A DNA stretch of 64,000 nt from Octopus vulgaris (GCA_951406725.2 OX597824.1:54064001-54128000); one strand, 5' to 3'. Positions 13,955 through 27,760 are shown, counted from the stretch's first letter. Made by a program: numbers and translations. The notes: generated from the letters alone by a model not told the origin.

Positions 13955-15160
13955 CTATTTCCACTGTCAAATTTCAAAATACAGAAAAGATGAGACTTCT
14001 CAATACAGAAAAGATGAGACTTTACCAAGATCAGTAAATGCATGCGGCAGCACATCAAATAGAGTCTCAAGACAGAAGTGAGAGACTTTCCAAAGATCAG
14101 TAAATGCATGCGGCAGCACATCAAATGGAGTCTCAAAACAGAAGTCAGATGAGACTTTCTCAAGATCAGCAAATGCATGCTGCAGCATGTCAGATGGAGT
14201 CTCAATACAGAAGCCAGATGAGACTTTCTCAAGATCAGCAAATGCATGCTGCAGCATGTCAGATGGAGTCTCAATACAGAAGCCAGATGAGACTTTCTCA
14301 AGATCAGCAAAGGCATGCTGCAGTACCTAATGCTGAATCATTAAAACAACGTTTTCAATGATTAGAAAGAGGTCACACAGAACAGCTCTCAGAAACAGAC
14401 TATGTACAAATTCGCTGTTCACAACTGCTGGAGCTGCTTTCAAATATGATCCATCCCATTTTTATAAAAATAACTTTGTCCAAATTGGTGTGCTAAACTC
14501 AAATTATCATAGCATTAAAATTTCCAAATGAAACTAATGGCATGTGCTGCTCAGGCAGTAAGGCAAGATGCCAGCACTTCCAGCTCCTCCTCAACCTCTT
14601 ATGGATCTTCTGGAAGGCACTTCCATCCAGTCAAAGGATTTTCTGAACAATATCAGACAATACAACCCTATATTTAAAATGATATCATTTGGTGCATCTA
14701 AGGAGATGCTTGAACATGGATTTATGCTGACGTTCAAAGTTCAAGGCCAAGTCTATCACCTCACTGCTTCCCTGTTACCCACAGGTGAACAACCACAGCC
14801 CCTCCAAATTTACTTTATGAGTGATGTAGGGCAACAAACCCAAAGGAGGTGTCAAAACTTCAGACGATGGGTCATCTTAGATGTAGCGCCAACCATCGCA
14901 AAGGAGAGTATATCCACTAACAGCTTTGTGGTGCATTGAAAAATCACATACACCCCCACCCCCAATTTTCCATGACAAGTTAGGCCCTGGAATGCTCCAA
15001 ACAGACACATGACATGTCACTTAGTCGAATTAACCCATCATTTACTCCACAAATGTTTTTTCATCAATGCTACACTTTCCCTTTATCACCTGTTTCAACA
15101 TAACTATTATATACAAACTATGTCATTTTAATCCCAAGCAACGCTGGGTATCTCTGCTAG
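13955..15160 (+). mobile_element. Helitron deletion derivative (Rep N-terminal region + 3' terminus)
   Basis: 60-nt coding repeats (RLSQDQQMHAAACQMESQYRSQM), then FLNNIRQYN..SFG..FKVQGQVYH..SLLP..LQIYF. Ends in hairpin ccca(agcaacgc)tggg followed by CTAG|T at 15157-15160. Confidence 0.8.
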
Positions 15161-15222
15161 TCTATATGTATGTACGTACATCTAAGATGACCCATCGTCT
15201 GAAGTACGTACATACGTACGTA

Positions 15223-15267
<45 letters not shown>

Positions 15268-15480
15268 ACAGATAAGACTACATTACTGAAGGTGTCCCTT
15301 TTCGAGACAGGGTAGGAAAGATTGGCTGCTATTTCTACTAGGTCAAGCAACAATGAAAATAGAGGCTTTTGCATTGGCTTACATAATTTGATGATAAAAG
15401 GAATTTGTTTAAAAAGTGAGATCCAGAAAGATTATGATGAATTTAAAAAAATCAGGATCTAACAACACCAGGATATAATA

Positions 15481-17920
15481 TCTGGCAGTGTTGGCTATAG
15501 CCTCATCACCCGTATAGTTAACCAGGTGATACGTGAAGGAGTCACACCCAATCACTGGTGTAGCAGCATCATAGTCAACTGCTACAAAGGTAAAGGTGAT
15601 GCTTTAGATACAAATAATTACAGAGGTATCAAGTAATGAAGGTCACGAAGAGGGTCATAGCCCAACTAATTAGGGAGAGAGTCAGTTTAGATGAGATGCA
15701 GTTTGGGTTCGTGCCAGGGAAAAGCACCACTGACACTATATTTCTGTTAAAACAGCTGAAGGAGAAATACCTAGCCAAAGATAAACCTCTGTACCTGGCT
15801 TTCATTGACATGGAGAAAGCCTTTGATAGGGTTGTTTGTTCCTTCTCGAGCCACGCCTGGCTCATAAGGGCTGGTTTCCTTGGCGTATAGGTACCCCACC
15901 TAGATGGGACGCCGGTCCGTCACAGGTGAGCTGCAAGATGCAGGAGGAAAAAGTGAGAGAAAGTTGTGGCAAAAGAGTCAGCAGAAGTTCACCATACCTT
16001 CTGCCACAGCTGCATGGAGCTTAGATGTTTTGGTCATAAACACACATTGCCTGGTCTGAGATTCGAACCCATGATCCCTCGACCACGAGTCTGCTGCCCC
16101 AACCACTGGGCCATGTGCCTCCACTCTTTGATAGGGTCCCCCGATCCCTTATCTGGTGGTCAATGAGGAAACTAGGGATAGATGAATGGTTAGTGAGAGC
16201 TGTGCAAGCCATGTACAGGGATGCTGTCAGTAAGGTGAGGGTTGGCAACAAGTACAGTGAAGAATTCCAGGTAGAGGTAGGGGTCTACCAACATTCAGTC
16301 CTCAGCTCCCTACTATTTATCATAGTCCTCCAGGCAATAACAGAGGAATTCAAGACAAGATGCCCCTGGGAGCTCCTCTATGCTGATGACCTTGCTCTTA
16401 TTGCTGAGTCACGATCAGAACTAGAGGAGAAGTTTCAGGTGTGGAAGCAAGGATTAGAATCGAAGGGCCTTAGAGTCAACCAAGCTAAAACCAAAGTCCT
16501 AATAAGTAGGAAGGCAGGCAAACCACAAACCTCTTCTTGTAGATGGCCCTGCTCAATCTGTAGAAAAGGCATAGGTGGAAACTCTATAAGATGTACCCAG
16601 TGTAAGCTATTGACACATAAGAGGTGCAGCAATATCAAAGGAAGGCTAACTAGGAAGATAGTTTTTGAATGTGGCAAATGCTCAGCAGCAATAAACACTG
16701 AAAATGTGCAGAGAGCAACTTCTGCCACACTCCAGGAAGAAAAACTAGAAGTAGTCAATGGCTTCCGTTACCTAGGTGACCAAGTCAGTAGCAATGGTGG
16801 GTGCTCTGAAAGTGTAGCTGCTGGAATAAGAATAGTTTGGGCAAAGTTCAGAGAGCTCTTACTCTACTGGTGACAAAGGGCCACTCGCTCAGAGTAAAAG
16901 GTAGACTGTACGACACGTGTGTATGAACAGCCATCCTACATGGCAGTGAAACATGGGCTGTGACAGCTGAGGACATGCGTAAGCTTGCAAGGAACAAACC
17001 CAGTATGCTCTGCTGGATGTGTAATGTCAGTGTGCATACTCGACAGAGTGTAAGTGGCTTGACAGGGAAGTTGGACCTAAGAAGCATCAGATGTGGTATG
17101 CAAGAGAGACGATTGCACTGGTATGGTCATGTGGTGCGAATGGATGAGGATAGCTGAGTGATAAAGTGCTACACCCTAGCGGTTGAGGGAAACTATGGAA
17201 GAGGTAGACCCAGGAAGACCTGGGATGAGGTGGTGAAGCATGACCTTCGAACATTAGGCCTCACTGAGGCAATGACCTGTGAGTGAAACCTTTGGAAATA
17301 TGCTGTGCTTGAGAAGACCAGTGAGACCATAACCCATGGCCTATACCAGTGGTGTAACCAGCCCACACAGACGTACCTTTCTTTCATTGGACACTAAACT
17401 CTGTTTGCGAAGACCTGTTGAGGCAAGTGAAATCAAAATCAAATTCGATGACAGCACTGCATGACTGGCATCCGTGCTAGTGGAGCGCTAAGAGCACTAT
17501 CCGAGCGTGATCGTTGCCAGGGCCGGTGACTGGCCCTCATGCTGGTGGCATGTAAAAAGCACCATTTGAGCGTGATCATTACCAGTGTCACCTTACTGGC
17601 ACTTGTGCCAGTGGTACGTGAAAAACAACATTCCAGTGAGGGCATTCATTGCCAGTGCCACTGGACTGGCTCCTGTGCAGGTGACACGTAAAAACACCAT
17701 TTGAGCGTGGTCATTGCCAGTACCGCCTGACTGGCCCTTGTGCTGGTGGCACGTAAAAGCACCCACTACACTCTTGGAGTGGTTAGCATTAGGAATGGCA
17801 TCCAGCTGTAGAAACTCTGCCAAATCACATTGGAGCCTGGTGCAGCCATCTGGCTCACCAATCCCCAGTCAAACTGTCCAACCCAGCATGGAAAGCGGAC
17901 ATTAAACAATGATGATGATA
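15481..17920 (+). mobile_element. 5'-truncated RTE LINE (RT + 3' UTR)
   Basis: ORFs 15636-15890 and 16115-16873 (LYADD, WPCSICRKG..CTQC..HKRC), a repeat-bearing 3' UTR and a (GAT)n tail. Confidence 0.93.
15833..16125 (-). mobile_element. tRNA-derived SINE inserted in RTE RT
   Basis: Head tggcccagtggtt...ggttcgaatctc. 12-bp TSD ctttgatagggt at 15821-15832 and 16126-16137. Confidence 0.88.
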
Positions 17921-18879
17921 TATATACTAGAGCATTATCTCCTTAAGATATCAGAAATAAAATAAACAAACAAAAAGCACAAAATTAAGAACCACCCCAA
18001 TACACACATACTGGACTGGAGAGATAAATGAAATGCCAGATTAATTAGACATTTACCTTTTTAAGAGTAGACATCCTGTTAGAACTTGGAAAATATTTGT
18101 CAGATGAATGAAATGAGAAGCATCAAGTGGAAGGAAGAGCAAGAGTAAACAGTATATTTCTTCTTAAGTGGATAACTTCCTTAATGAACATTGTAGTGTA
18201 TAAAAAAAGTTAAAGAAAACATTCTGTTAACAGGCAGAGTATGAGCAAAATCAGTGATGTATCTATGTGTGCACAAACACACACACACTATCTTGCTCCC
18301 CCATCCCCCACCCCAATTCGTTTCGTAACTTTTACTTCTGTATTAGTTAACACAAAAACAATGTCTCATTATATGCCAGCTTAAGAAGTATAGTTGCATG
18401 ATAAATTCTGTTCAATCAGTAAATATTTGCTTCATTGTAGTAAGTCCCATCCCACGTTCTTGCATAAGTATATTTCTGCTTCTGCAGCTATTTCAATTTA
18501 AATTATCTTCATGCCCACACTGAGATCATATAACTTTAGTAATAACTGATAATAGACCCACATCAGTCCCTACATATATCTATAATTATACATTTATTTC
18601 TATATTCTGGACAAAGTCAAATAATATTTATAGTACTAATTCATGGTTGTAATAATAAGTGATGAATTACAGGCTAGAAGCTAATGAGTCCAGACTTTCC
18701 TACAGACATTATACTCCTCAGAACAAGCCATTTTTAACACTGATTCTGTCATTTTAGTTGGCAACAGGTTCTACTTCTTCCTACAAAGTAGTTAAATTGT
18801 AAATAGTAAGAGGTGCCCCACATAAAAATGTAATTGCTACAATATGCAAATATAGAAAGAAGGGAAAAAAATTTACTAA

Positions 18880-20519
18880 TCTATAACATAAATTAAACAT
18901 AGGCGATTGTTGTATTCTTTGTCTTGAGGTTCACAGCCAAATGGCTGGGTGGATTCGTGTGAAAAATGGCACACGTGGAGACGAGTGCATAGATTGGAAT
19001 GCGGTTTGTATTTTTTTCCTAGCGCCCATACTTACCAAGAAAATCGATTGAAACTTTTTCTAATGGAATTCCCATTTCTTCTGCCATTAAAACAACCAGT
19101 TGCTCACACAGCCAACATATACTATTTCGCTAGCAACAACGGGAGTACAGGATGGCAGTCAGCCAAAACTTTCACTATGCTGTCTCTCTTCTTTCACCTC
19201 TTTGTGGGGTTAATAATCTTAATCTTTAGTTACAGTTTCTCATTTGAAATACATAATAGGCAGAATTGTTGAATTAAGACAGTAGGGTGTTTTGTGGGAG
19301 ATTTAGCTGCTATTTCTACCAGGTCTAGCTACCATGTAGAGGTCTGGACTTAATTTTCATTCACATATTTGTATTTCAAAAAATTAACAATCCTTTCCAT
19401 AAATCAACTATTGATTATCTTTCTCACATACACACGCGCAAGCACACACGCACACATCCATTTCATATATCTTCTTTCAATTTCTGCTCTCTGATTAGAC
19501 AGAGGGCCAATACAATAGCTCTCGGGTACATTTTGTTCTCTAAAAAGGCATGTGTCTATTTTTTCTATAAGCGTATATGAATGACTTATTCCATACTTCC
19601 CCACTTAGCTTTTATCTTCACTTTCTTAAATTGGATACGTCTCCTATTAAGTTGCAGAACTTTGGCAGTACAGTTAAAAATCATTTCTGCTTTACTTCTT
19701 ACATACAATTTCCCCGTAAATTCTTACAGCTTCATTTTTTGGTGATGATTGAAATGTCAAACATTTTCTAACTGTTAAAGCAATTCTTAATGCCAACTTT
19801 TTAATGAGTCTTGTATTTTTTCATAGCCCCCATACCGAAGAAATCGATTGAAACTTTTTCTAATGGAATTCCCATTTCTTCTGCCATTAAAACAACCAGT
19901 TGCTCACACAGCTGGCATATACCATTTCACTAGCAACAACAGGAGTACAGGATGACAGTCAGCCAAAACTTTTGCTATACTGTCTCCCTTCTTTCATCTC
20001 TTTGTGGGGTTAATCATCTTAATCTTTAGTTACAGTTTCTCATTCAAACTACATAATACGCAGAATTGTCGGATTAAGACAGTAGGTGTTTTGAGGGGGA
20101 TTTGGCTGCTATTTCTACCAGGTCTAGCTACCATGTAGAGGTCTGAACTTAATTGTATTCACATATTTGTATTTCAAAAATTTAACATAATCTTTTCCAT
20201 AAATCAACTATCATAAAAATTTTCTACCCTGACCTCACATTTTCTATGTATGTTTGTGTAGTTTAAAAGACGTGATTAGACAGAGGTCCAAAAGAATAGC
20301 TCTCAGAAACAGACTACATACAAATTCTTTCTTTACAACTCCTGAAGCTGTTTTCTAATGGGGGGGGGGTCATGAAATTTCATACAGCTGGAGGCGCCAA
20401 TCGAAATAGTGGACCCAAAATGATAAGGTTGAAAAATGCTGTTATAGATTATGCCTAACCGAAAATGATCACAGCCACATCATCCAAACAGACCGGGTGA
20501 AACCGGGCTTAGCTGCTAG
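18880..20519 (+). mobile_element. Putative non-autonomous Helitron with ~400 bp internal direct duplication
   Basis: A|TC start, ccgg..ccgg hairpin and CTAG|T end (20516-20519). 19020-19415 is repeated at ~19822-20212. Confidence 0.55.
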
Positions 20520-20624
20520 TATATATACATATATATAGGGAGAGTTTATGAAAAAACAAAAGACGAAGACAGGTGGTGTACAAAACAAACAGATGTATTA
20601 GTATAACACTCAGGAATAGAAAAA

Positions 20625-20666
20625 GTCTTTTACGTTTCGAGCCTACGCTCTTCTACAGAAAAGGAC
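20625..20666 (-). ncRNA. Minimal type-I hammerhead-like motif (core variant)
   Basis: cuuuu-CUGUAGA-A-GAGC(guag)GCUC-GAAA-CGUA-aaag. A6 is replaced by U. It lies in a ~170 bp unit abutting (TA)n. Confidence 0.6.
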
Positions 20667-21577
20667 ACAGAAAAAACAAGGAGAGAAAAAAATGTGTGAT
20701 GGGATGGGGGATAAATATATTACACACACACACATTGACTTGTATTTCTCACCTGTCTGAGGAAGTGTTTGGTCTTGGTTATGAATGCTGCACTTATTAG
20801 GTGTATCTACAGATGTACATCATTTATTAACAAATAATAAAGGAATACTAAATAAGTACAAGCCTATGATCTTTTCACTCATTACTGATGTGCTGTTTGT
20901 ATTACATTGCAGCTCTCCTCAAACTGCATAGGACCCTGTGAGGTCAAGCAACAGTGGGAGTTAAATGTGATTACCAATAAGAACCAAAACCTGAATGATA
21001 AAATTGTTGCACACTAAACTCATCTATTCCAACTTGTGTATGTGCACATGCACATATGTATGTACATACATAATGTACAAACATCTGTGTGTATGTGTGT
21101 GTGAGTATGTGTAGGGGTGCATGTGTGTACATATACACACATCTATAAAATAGCATATACCATAATGTGAAGGTAAAGTCTATTTTAAGTTATTTTCAAC
21201 ATCTGTTCAGAATTCATGCCAACGTAGGTCTCTATTGTCCTTGTTCCAGTTTAAATACAACTCTAACTTTAGGTAGCTATTTTTGTTCTGTAGACTTACA
21301 TAACTACCTACTTGGTAGTTCCTAGCTCTACTCACCAACTGTAATGTCCAGCTACAGAGAAATAATGTATACTACCTCCATTAATTCTTCATGACTAATC
21401 AACAACTCTTATCTTAAACAATTTTATATCACAGCACAAACTACTCCCATTAGATAACCAGAACTAGACACCCACAATTTAGAGTAACATATATTACAAA
21501 TTTATTCTGAGATTTAATAAAAGGAAATGCCAAATTCTTCTGCATACTGAGTTATGTTATTTTTCAATATTTAATGC

Positions 21578-23255
21578 CAAGTTCAAAAATGGAAATTTTG
21601 ACCTCAAAGACGCACCTCATTCTGGCCATCCAATTGAGTTTGATGAAGAGCAATTAAACCAACTTTTGCACGAAAATTCTTGTCAAACGACAAGGGAACT
21701 GGCAGAGAAAATGGAATGCTCCCACACTGTTATAGAGAAGCATCTTCACTCGATGGGAAAAGTTCAGAAGTATGGAGCATGGGTTCCGCATGCTTTAAGT
21801 GACAACAACAAAAATCAACAAGCCACAATCTTGACTGGTTTGCTTGCTCGTCACCGCTCAACTCATGAACACATGCAACAATTTCTTTACCGAATCATTA
21901 CTGGCGATGAAAAATGGTGCCTGTACATCAATATGTAGCAGCATAAGGAATGGCTTAGCCCTGGTAAACAAGCGACACCACGTGTGAAACAAGATCTTCA
22001 TCCATGTAAAACGATGTTGTGCGTATGGTGGGACTGGGAAGGGATTATCCATTATGAATTGCTTGAATGGAACCAAATGGTCGACATGGAACTATGTTAG
22101 TTAGTTAGTTAGTTAGTTAATTTGGCTCAAAAGCAAATAGCAAGGCCATGTAGGGGGACATGGAGTTAAGTACAGGGTGGTGTTCATGTAAAGAGTTCAG
22201 GCCACTTGAGGTCCAGGGAGGCTTTGAACAAAGCGGTCGTCGGCATCTTTACTATCTCGTCTGGCAGCTTGTTCCACGGATCCGCAACCCGGACGGAGAA
22301 AGCTCCTCTCCTTCGATTGAGATGAAATCGTCGCAAGTAGAGCTTTTCGGAATGACCCCGCAGCCGACGCTCTGGAGCAGGAGTGAAGAACAGCTCTTTT
22401 GAGAGGTTACACTTTCCGCTTATGATGTTGTGGGCGAGAATGAGATCACCACGGCGGCGGCGTTTTTCAAGAGAATAAAGGTCGAGCGTCCTCAGCCTTT
22501 CTTCGTAGGACAAATTTTTGAGACCATGAACCATGCGGGTAGCCAGCTTCTGGACTCTTTCGAGATGCTGTATGTCTTTGAGGAGATAAGGAGAAGAGGC
22601 TTGAATCCCATACTCCAATATGGGTCTCACCAGCGTGACATAGAGTGGTAGGAATATGGCTGCTGTGAGCATTCCGAATGACCGTCGAATCAAGAACAGA
22701 ATTCCGCGTGCTTTGTTGGCAGCATGGACGCACTGGGCCGAAGGTGAAAAGGAGGAATCCACCAAGATACCCAGGTCCTTTACCTGATCGGTCCTCTCCA
22801 GCAGCAGACGACCCGGCTCGAAATCAAGTTGAGTTGCAGGAGTAGAGCCGACAGGCAGATGACAGCACTTTGACACGTTCAGACACAGGTCCCAATCGTT
22901 AGACCACTTCCAAATTTGGTGGAGGCATCGACGAAGATCCTCTATATTACCGCGAGGAGCGACCAGTTTGATATCGTCGGCAAATAGAAGGGTGTGTTGC
23001 GTGAGGTCGTCGGGCAAGTCATTTATGAAGACTAAGAACAACAAGGGCCCAAGCACTGAACCTTGAGGCACGCCACTGCTTGCACTGGAGACGTCGGACC
23101 GCGAACCATTAACTTGGACTTGGAAGTTCAATAGATGGAACGACTCAACACGGCTATTCAAGAGAAAAGACCTAATCGGCAGCATGGAGTTCTTCTGCTG
23201 CATGACAACACCTGCCCTCATATCGCCAATATGACCAAGGAAGCCATTCAAACAT
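21578..23255 (+). mobile_element. Mariner transposase pseudogene split by a CR1 insertion
   Basis: WVPHAL and ITGDEKW before the insertion; RPNRQHGVLLLHDN resumes at ~23126. Confidence 0.88.
22098..23125 (-). mobile_element. Young 5'-truncated CR1-clade LINE
   Basis: Uninterrupted RT C-terminus (GVPQGSVLGPLLF, LFADD, RRRRGDLI, LRGH) to a stop at 22184. Markedly GC-richer than the flanks, with a (CTAA)n tail at 22098-22120. Confidence 0.92.
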
Positions 23256-23409
23256 TTACAAACATTGTTATCCATCTAATAGGTGGGCAACTAAGTTCCT
23301 GCCTTTTTAAAAAAATTTTTTAAAGGTTTAATAAAAAGATAACAACTAATTAATCAATAATGTATTCACCCTTGTTGTTTACAACTTCTTCCCAACGTTC
23401 AACAAGATT

Positions 23410-24447
23410 TTCAATACCTTGCTGGTTTCTACCAAAACAAACATGTATGGAGATGGTGCTGTTACAAAAAGTGTGTACCAGAAGCCTTTTCCAAGATTTC
23501 AATCAGGATATTTCTTGGTTCAAAATGCACCTTGCTCTGGTCAGCCAGCTGAGATTAAAAGTGACAAAATGAAGGAGATAGTTGACACCATCCTCTATTA
23601 TAAGACCAGGATTATTGCAGATATTCTCCAAATATCCAAATCAAGTGTTGAAAACCCTCTGCATCAACTTGGTTTACATCATTAGCCTCACTGTTTGGGT
23701 CTCACATCAATTGAATGAGGCTAACCTCACCCAATGGATTTCCATCTGCACTTCATTATAGAAATGCGGAGAAAATTATTTTTCTTTTTTAAAGGAGTGG
23801 TAACAGGCAAAGAAAAATGGAACATCTGGAACAATGTGGAGTGAAAATGATAATGGAGAAAGCACAACAACCCACCATAAACAACCGCCAAAGAAGGACT
23901 TCACTTGAAGAAAGTTATGACTTCAATTTGGTAGGATCAGAAGGATGTTGTCTATAATGAGCTTCTTCCTATAGACAGGAACATCAATCCAGATGTGTAC
24001 TAGCTGGATAAATTAATGCAGTAATCCACCAGAGGTATCCAGAACTTTCTAATTGTAAAGGCATTGTCTTTCATCATGCCAAACCAGACTGCACACTTCT
24101 TCGCAGACATGGAGGAACTTACTGGGGCTTGGCTGGGAAGTTTTACTGTACCCTCCATATACACCTGCCCTCGTACCTTCAGATTTCCACCTGTTTGAGT
24201 CTCTTCAAAATTCATTAAATGGACAAGCCTTCAAATCTGAAGAGGATGCAAAAACTTACCTGGAAGAGATTTTCACTAGTAAAGACACAAAATTCTTTGA
24301 GCAGGGAATAAAGGATCTGCCCACAAGATGATAGAAGATATTGGAATAAAACAGTCATTATATCACTGTTTGAATAAACCACTTTGCATTTAAAACTTGT
24401 ATTTCATTTTTGCATAAAAAAACCAAATGGACATTTTCACCAACCCA
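23410..24447 (+). mobile_element. Degraded mariner element
   Basis: WVSHQL, VTG(D)EKW and PSDFHLF motifs, with many stops. Confidence 0.75.
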
Positions 24448-24548
24448 TTTTGTTTTTAGTCAAAAAGTATCAGTATTCATGATGTTTGCAGATTCTACCA
24501 TGCATGTGAGAACAGATTTACTAAATTTTTCATTTGTGTGTGTATATA

Positions 24549-25948
24549 TCTATATATATAAAAGTGAAGTTGTGTGAGTGTCTGTCTCCTACGATTTAGA
24601 TTCCTAACTACTCCCACATTTTGCGGTGCAGTTTAACCAAATTCGGGTATCTTATAGTCGTGATTCATATCGAGCCCGTCTGGGTATTAGCGCGCGTCTA
24701 CGATGAGTCTACGATTTTAAAAATAATTTAACATCATTTTTTTCCATTTTTTCCAATTTTTTCGTGTGTTGATGGCGGCGGAGTTGGCGTCCATGCTCAC
24801 ACCTGCACCTGTGTTGCTTCTCCCCTCTTCTTCCCTCTCTCATGAAGCTGTGGGGAAGGGAGTGTAAGGAAATCAACGTCGTAAAGCGTTGTCAAGGAGA
24901 CCAGCATTCTTTTAGAACGACTTCATGGCTTGAAGACACCAAAGCAGAAATGGCTAAGAAAGCCCGAAAGCAAATTCTACAAAATCGGGAAACACACCAC
25001 ACAGGGAAGGTTTCCCGTGCAAAGAATTTGCACAACCGAATGGTTTAGTTGTTGCACAACTTTTACTTAAAAAATATTATCCAAACACAAACTTTTGAAG
25101 GCAATATTGTATGGCGATGGTACTTGTGAAATATGGTAATGGATTTAGTAGCCAAAAGGAGAGAGCAGAGGCATATTATGGTGGTGGTGGTGGGGGTGGT
25201 GATGATGGTGGTGGTGGTGATGATGGTGGTGGTCATGGTGGTAGTGGTGGTGGCTGAAGCTGTCGTCTGGGTTCTTCCAATTTTTTTTGTGTGTCGGTGG
25301 CGGCGTTGGCGTTCATGCTCGCACCTGCACCTGTGTAGCTCCTCGTGAAGCTGTGGGGAAGGCAGGGTAGGGAAATCAACGTCGTAAAGCGTTGTCAAGG
25401 AGACCAGCGTTCTTTTAGAACAATGACTTCATGGCTTGAAGTTGCCAAAACAGAAATTGCTAAAAAAGCTGAAACAGATCCACAAAAACGGCAAAAACCG
25501 CCACACAGGGCAGGTTTCCTGTGCAAACAATTTGCACAACCGAATGTTTTAGTTGTTGCACAAATCTTTATATATAAAAGTGAAGTTGTGTGTCTGTCTC
25601 CTACGATTTAGATTCCTAACTACTCCCACATTTTGCGGTGCAGTTTAACCAAAACCGGGTATCTTATAGTCGTGATTCATATTGAGCCCTTCTGGGTATT
25701 AGCGCGCGTCTACAATGAGTCTACGATTTAAAAAAAATTTTACCATCATTTCTTCCATTTTAATGCATTTTTTCGCTATCATATAAGGGAAGTAACTCTC
25801 TAAAAATGTCTACGATGAGTCAACGATTTTTAAAAAAAATTACCATTTTTTATTCCATTTTTAATGCATTTTTTTGCTATAACTCACTAAAAATGCTTAT
25901 ATAGTTATTTCCCTTACAAACCCGAGCAATGCCGGGCGATACTGCTAG
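24549..25948 (+). mobile_element. Composite non-autonomous Helitron (two 5' ends, one 3' end)
   Basis: A|TCTATATATATAAAAGTGAAG at 24549 recurs at ~25565. Internal duplication ~24775-25060 / ~25280-25563. Ends cccg..cggg hairpin + CTAG|T. Confidence 0.78.
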
Positions 25949-26602
25949 TTATGCATATTTATATTTGTATGTTGTGTATGTGAGGGAGAGAGAGGGAATA
26001 GGCAGGCTAGTGCCATTGAGTAATAAGATCTAGATGGATCTCCTGCTTTCAAAGCTAACCAACAAATAAAGAAACTGAAATTTTACATACAGAGGTGTAA
26101 TATTCAAGGGTGCTTCTGTGATAAGATCAAATACTATATACCAGTGTAAATCATCTTAGCCTCTGAAATCAATTTCAACTCAGTAATTTTAGTAAGTCAG
26201 TTGAATACTAATTTTAGCAATTTACTGGAAATATCTCACAGATGATCAAAATACATTTACTTAAATTTTTTCCCTGACAAAAGACAGCTACCATATTCAT
26301 GCTTTCTTTCATTAAAAAAAAGGATGCTTTATATCATGCTTATGGCCTACATAAAAAAAAGTTAACCCCCATTTGGCTTGGGCATCTAGTTGGAGCTTTA
26401 ATGTTTGTGCTAAATTCACCAATATTAAAGAATGTGAAAAAATAGATTTAAAAAGGAAGCTTACTTGATAATTATTTTAATGACCACTGAGCTCCAAAAT
26501 ACAAAGAACTAGATATGATGATATAGTTTCTACTAATTCTTCAGCTCTGAATATTAAGTATTAGAAAAATACTACTAATTAAAATTAACATAAGTAACTT
26601 AC

Positions 26603-26728
26603 CTTTTGTGCAGCACCAAGAACTTTGTCTAAAAATCGCAGCCATTCAAAAACAAATACTGGCCTTTTTGACTCCTGAATTTTTTTGAATGCTTCCTCAT
26701 TCAGCAGGAGACTGTGAGCAAGCTCCAT
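26603..26728 (-). CDS. HEATR5B: First coding exon of HEAT repeat-containing protein 5 (HEATR5A/B orthologue)
   Basis: 126 nt reading [42 protein letters not shown], which closely matches the HEATR5B N-terminus as I recall it. It ends at a phase-0 GTAAGT donor (26597-26602). An upstream pyrimidine-rich acceptor (tttgtttactatttcAG, AG at 26787-26788) gives a full exon of 26603-26786. It is too short for the ORF track. No further exon was recognised in the window. Confidence 0.93.
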
Positions 26729-26811
26729 GGCGTTCAAGACATACATGTATATTTTAGGCCTGTTATCTTAAAATACAGCTCAATATCTGAAATAGTAAAC
26801 AAAAAAATGAT

Positions 26812-26842
<31 letters not shown>

Positions 26843-27234
26843 GAATATACATGTATATAAATCATATCCATATATGAAATAAGATCTCACATAGGTAAAA
26901 CATTATAAAATCGAACAAGCAAAAAAAAATGCTTTGATAATCAAACCATCACCATTGTTTTAATGTCTACTGTTCTATGGATTAGATGATGGTATGTTTG
27001 GGAAAAACTTCTATGGCCTGATGCCCTAAATGGAGCCAACCCCTACCTCTTTCCAAGTAGGTAATAACCACCCCATCTATCAAATAACAAATAATCCAGA
27101 CATGTTTATATAGAAAGCTGGAAACAAATGATACAGTATGAATGGAACTTTCATTTACAATCAATGAACACACATGAAGATGAAAGAAAATACGAACTCT
27201 TGTGAACACACACATACACAAACAAATTCATCAC

Positions 27235-27760
27235 CATATGAAAAGTGCTTCTCATTCAAAAAAGAATTAATGGTTGGAAAGAGGTGGAAGTCTGATGATG
27301 CGAGGTCGAGAGAGTAAGGGGGATGAGGAAGGATTTCATAGCCACAAGAGTGTGTTTTCATCTGAGCAACATGCACACTGAACTAGGGTGCTATCTTTGA
27401 CGGGGCAGACTCCTTTGGTCAGCATGCCATACCCCTCTGCTTTGATAGTGTCCTGCAATTCTGCAGCACAGAAGCATAATATGCTCTGTTAATTGTGGTG
27501 CCCTTTGCCAGAAAATCCATCATCACTACCCTGTGCTGGTCCCAAAAGACCACTGAGGGTTGGACATGAGCCTTCTTTGGAGGTAGTGAGTTATCATGCT
27601 TCCATTGCTTCAATTGGATCATAGTGATGGATCCATGTTTCATCCTGTGTGATAAGTCTGCTGAAAAAGTCCTCCTTGCTTTCTTGGCATCATGCAGACA
27701 ACTTCCACATGTGCAAATGATCGTGAATGATTTTTTCCATGGACCCTACACTTATCTTCA
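27235..27760 (-). mobile_element. Degraded mariner fragment
   Basis: ITQDETWIHHYDP and HPPYSLDLASSDFHLF. Confidence 0.8.

Noticed and set aside
18056-18110. Donor-like AAG|GTAAAT site on the - strand as a HEATR5 exon
   Set aside because: No frame resembles the expected next exon (..SPGPPTR..).
22184-23275. 363 aa ORF as a mariner-RT fusion protein
   Set aside because: The N-terminal ~50 aa is antisense mariner sequence in frame by chance.
26468-26547. Possible extra HEATR5 exon (AG..GTAAG on - strand)
   Set aside because: It needs a ~55 nt intron, has an immediate in-frame stop and shows no HEATR5 similarity.
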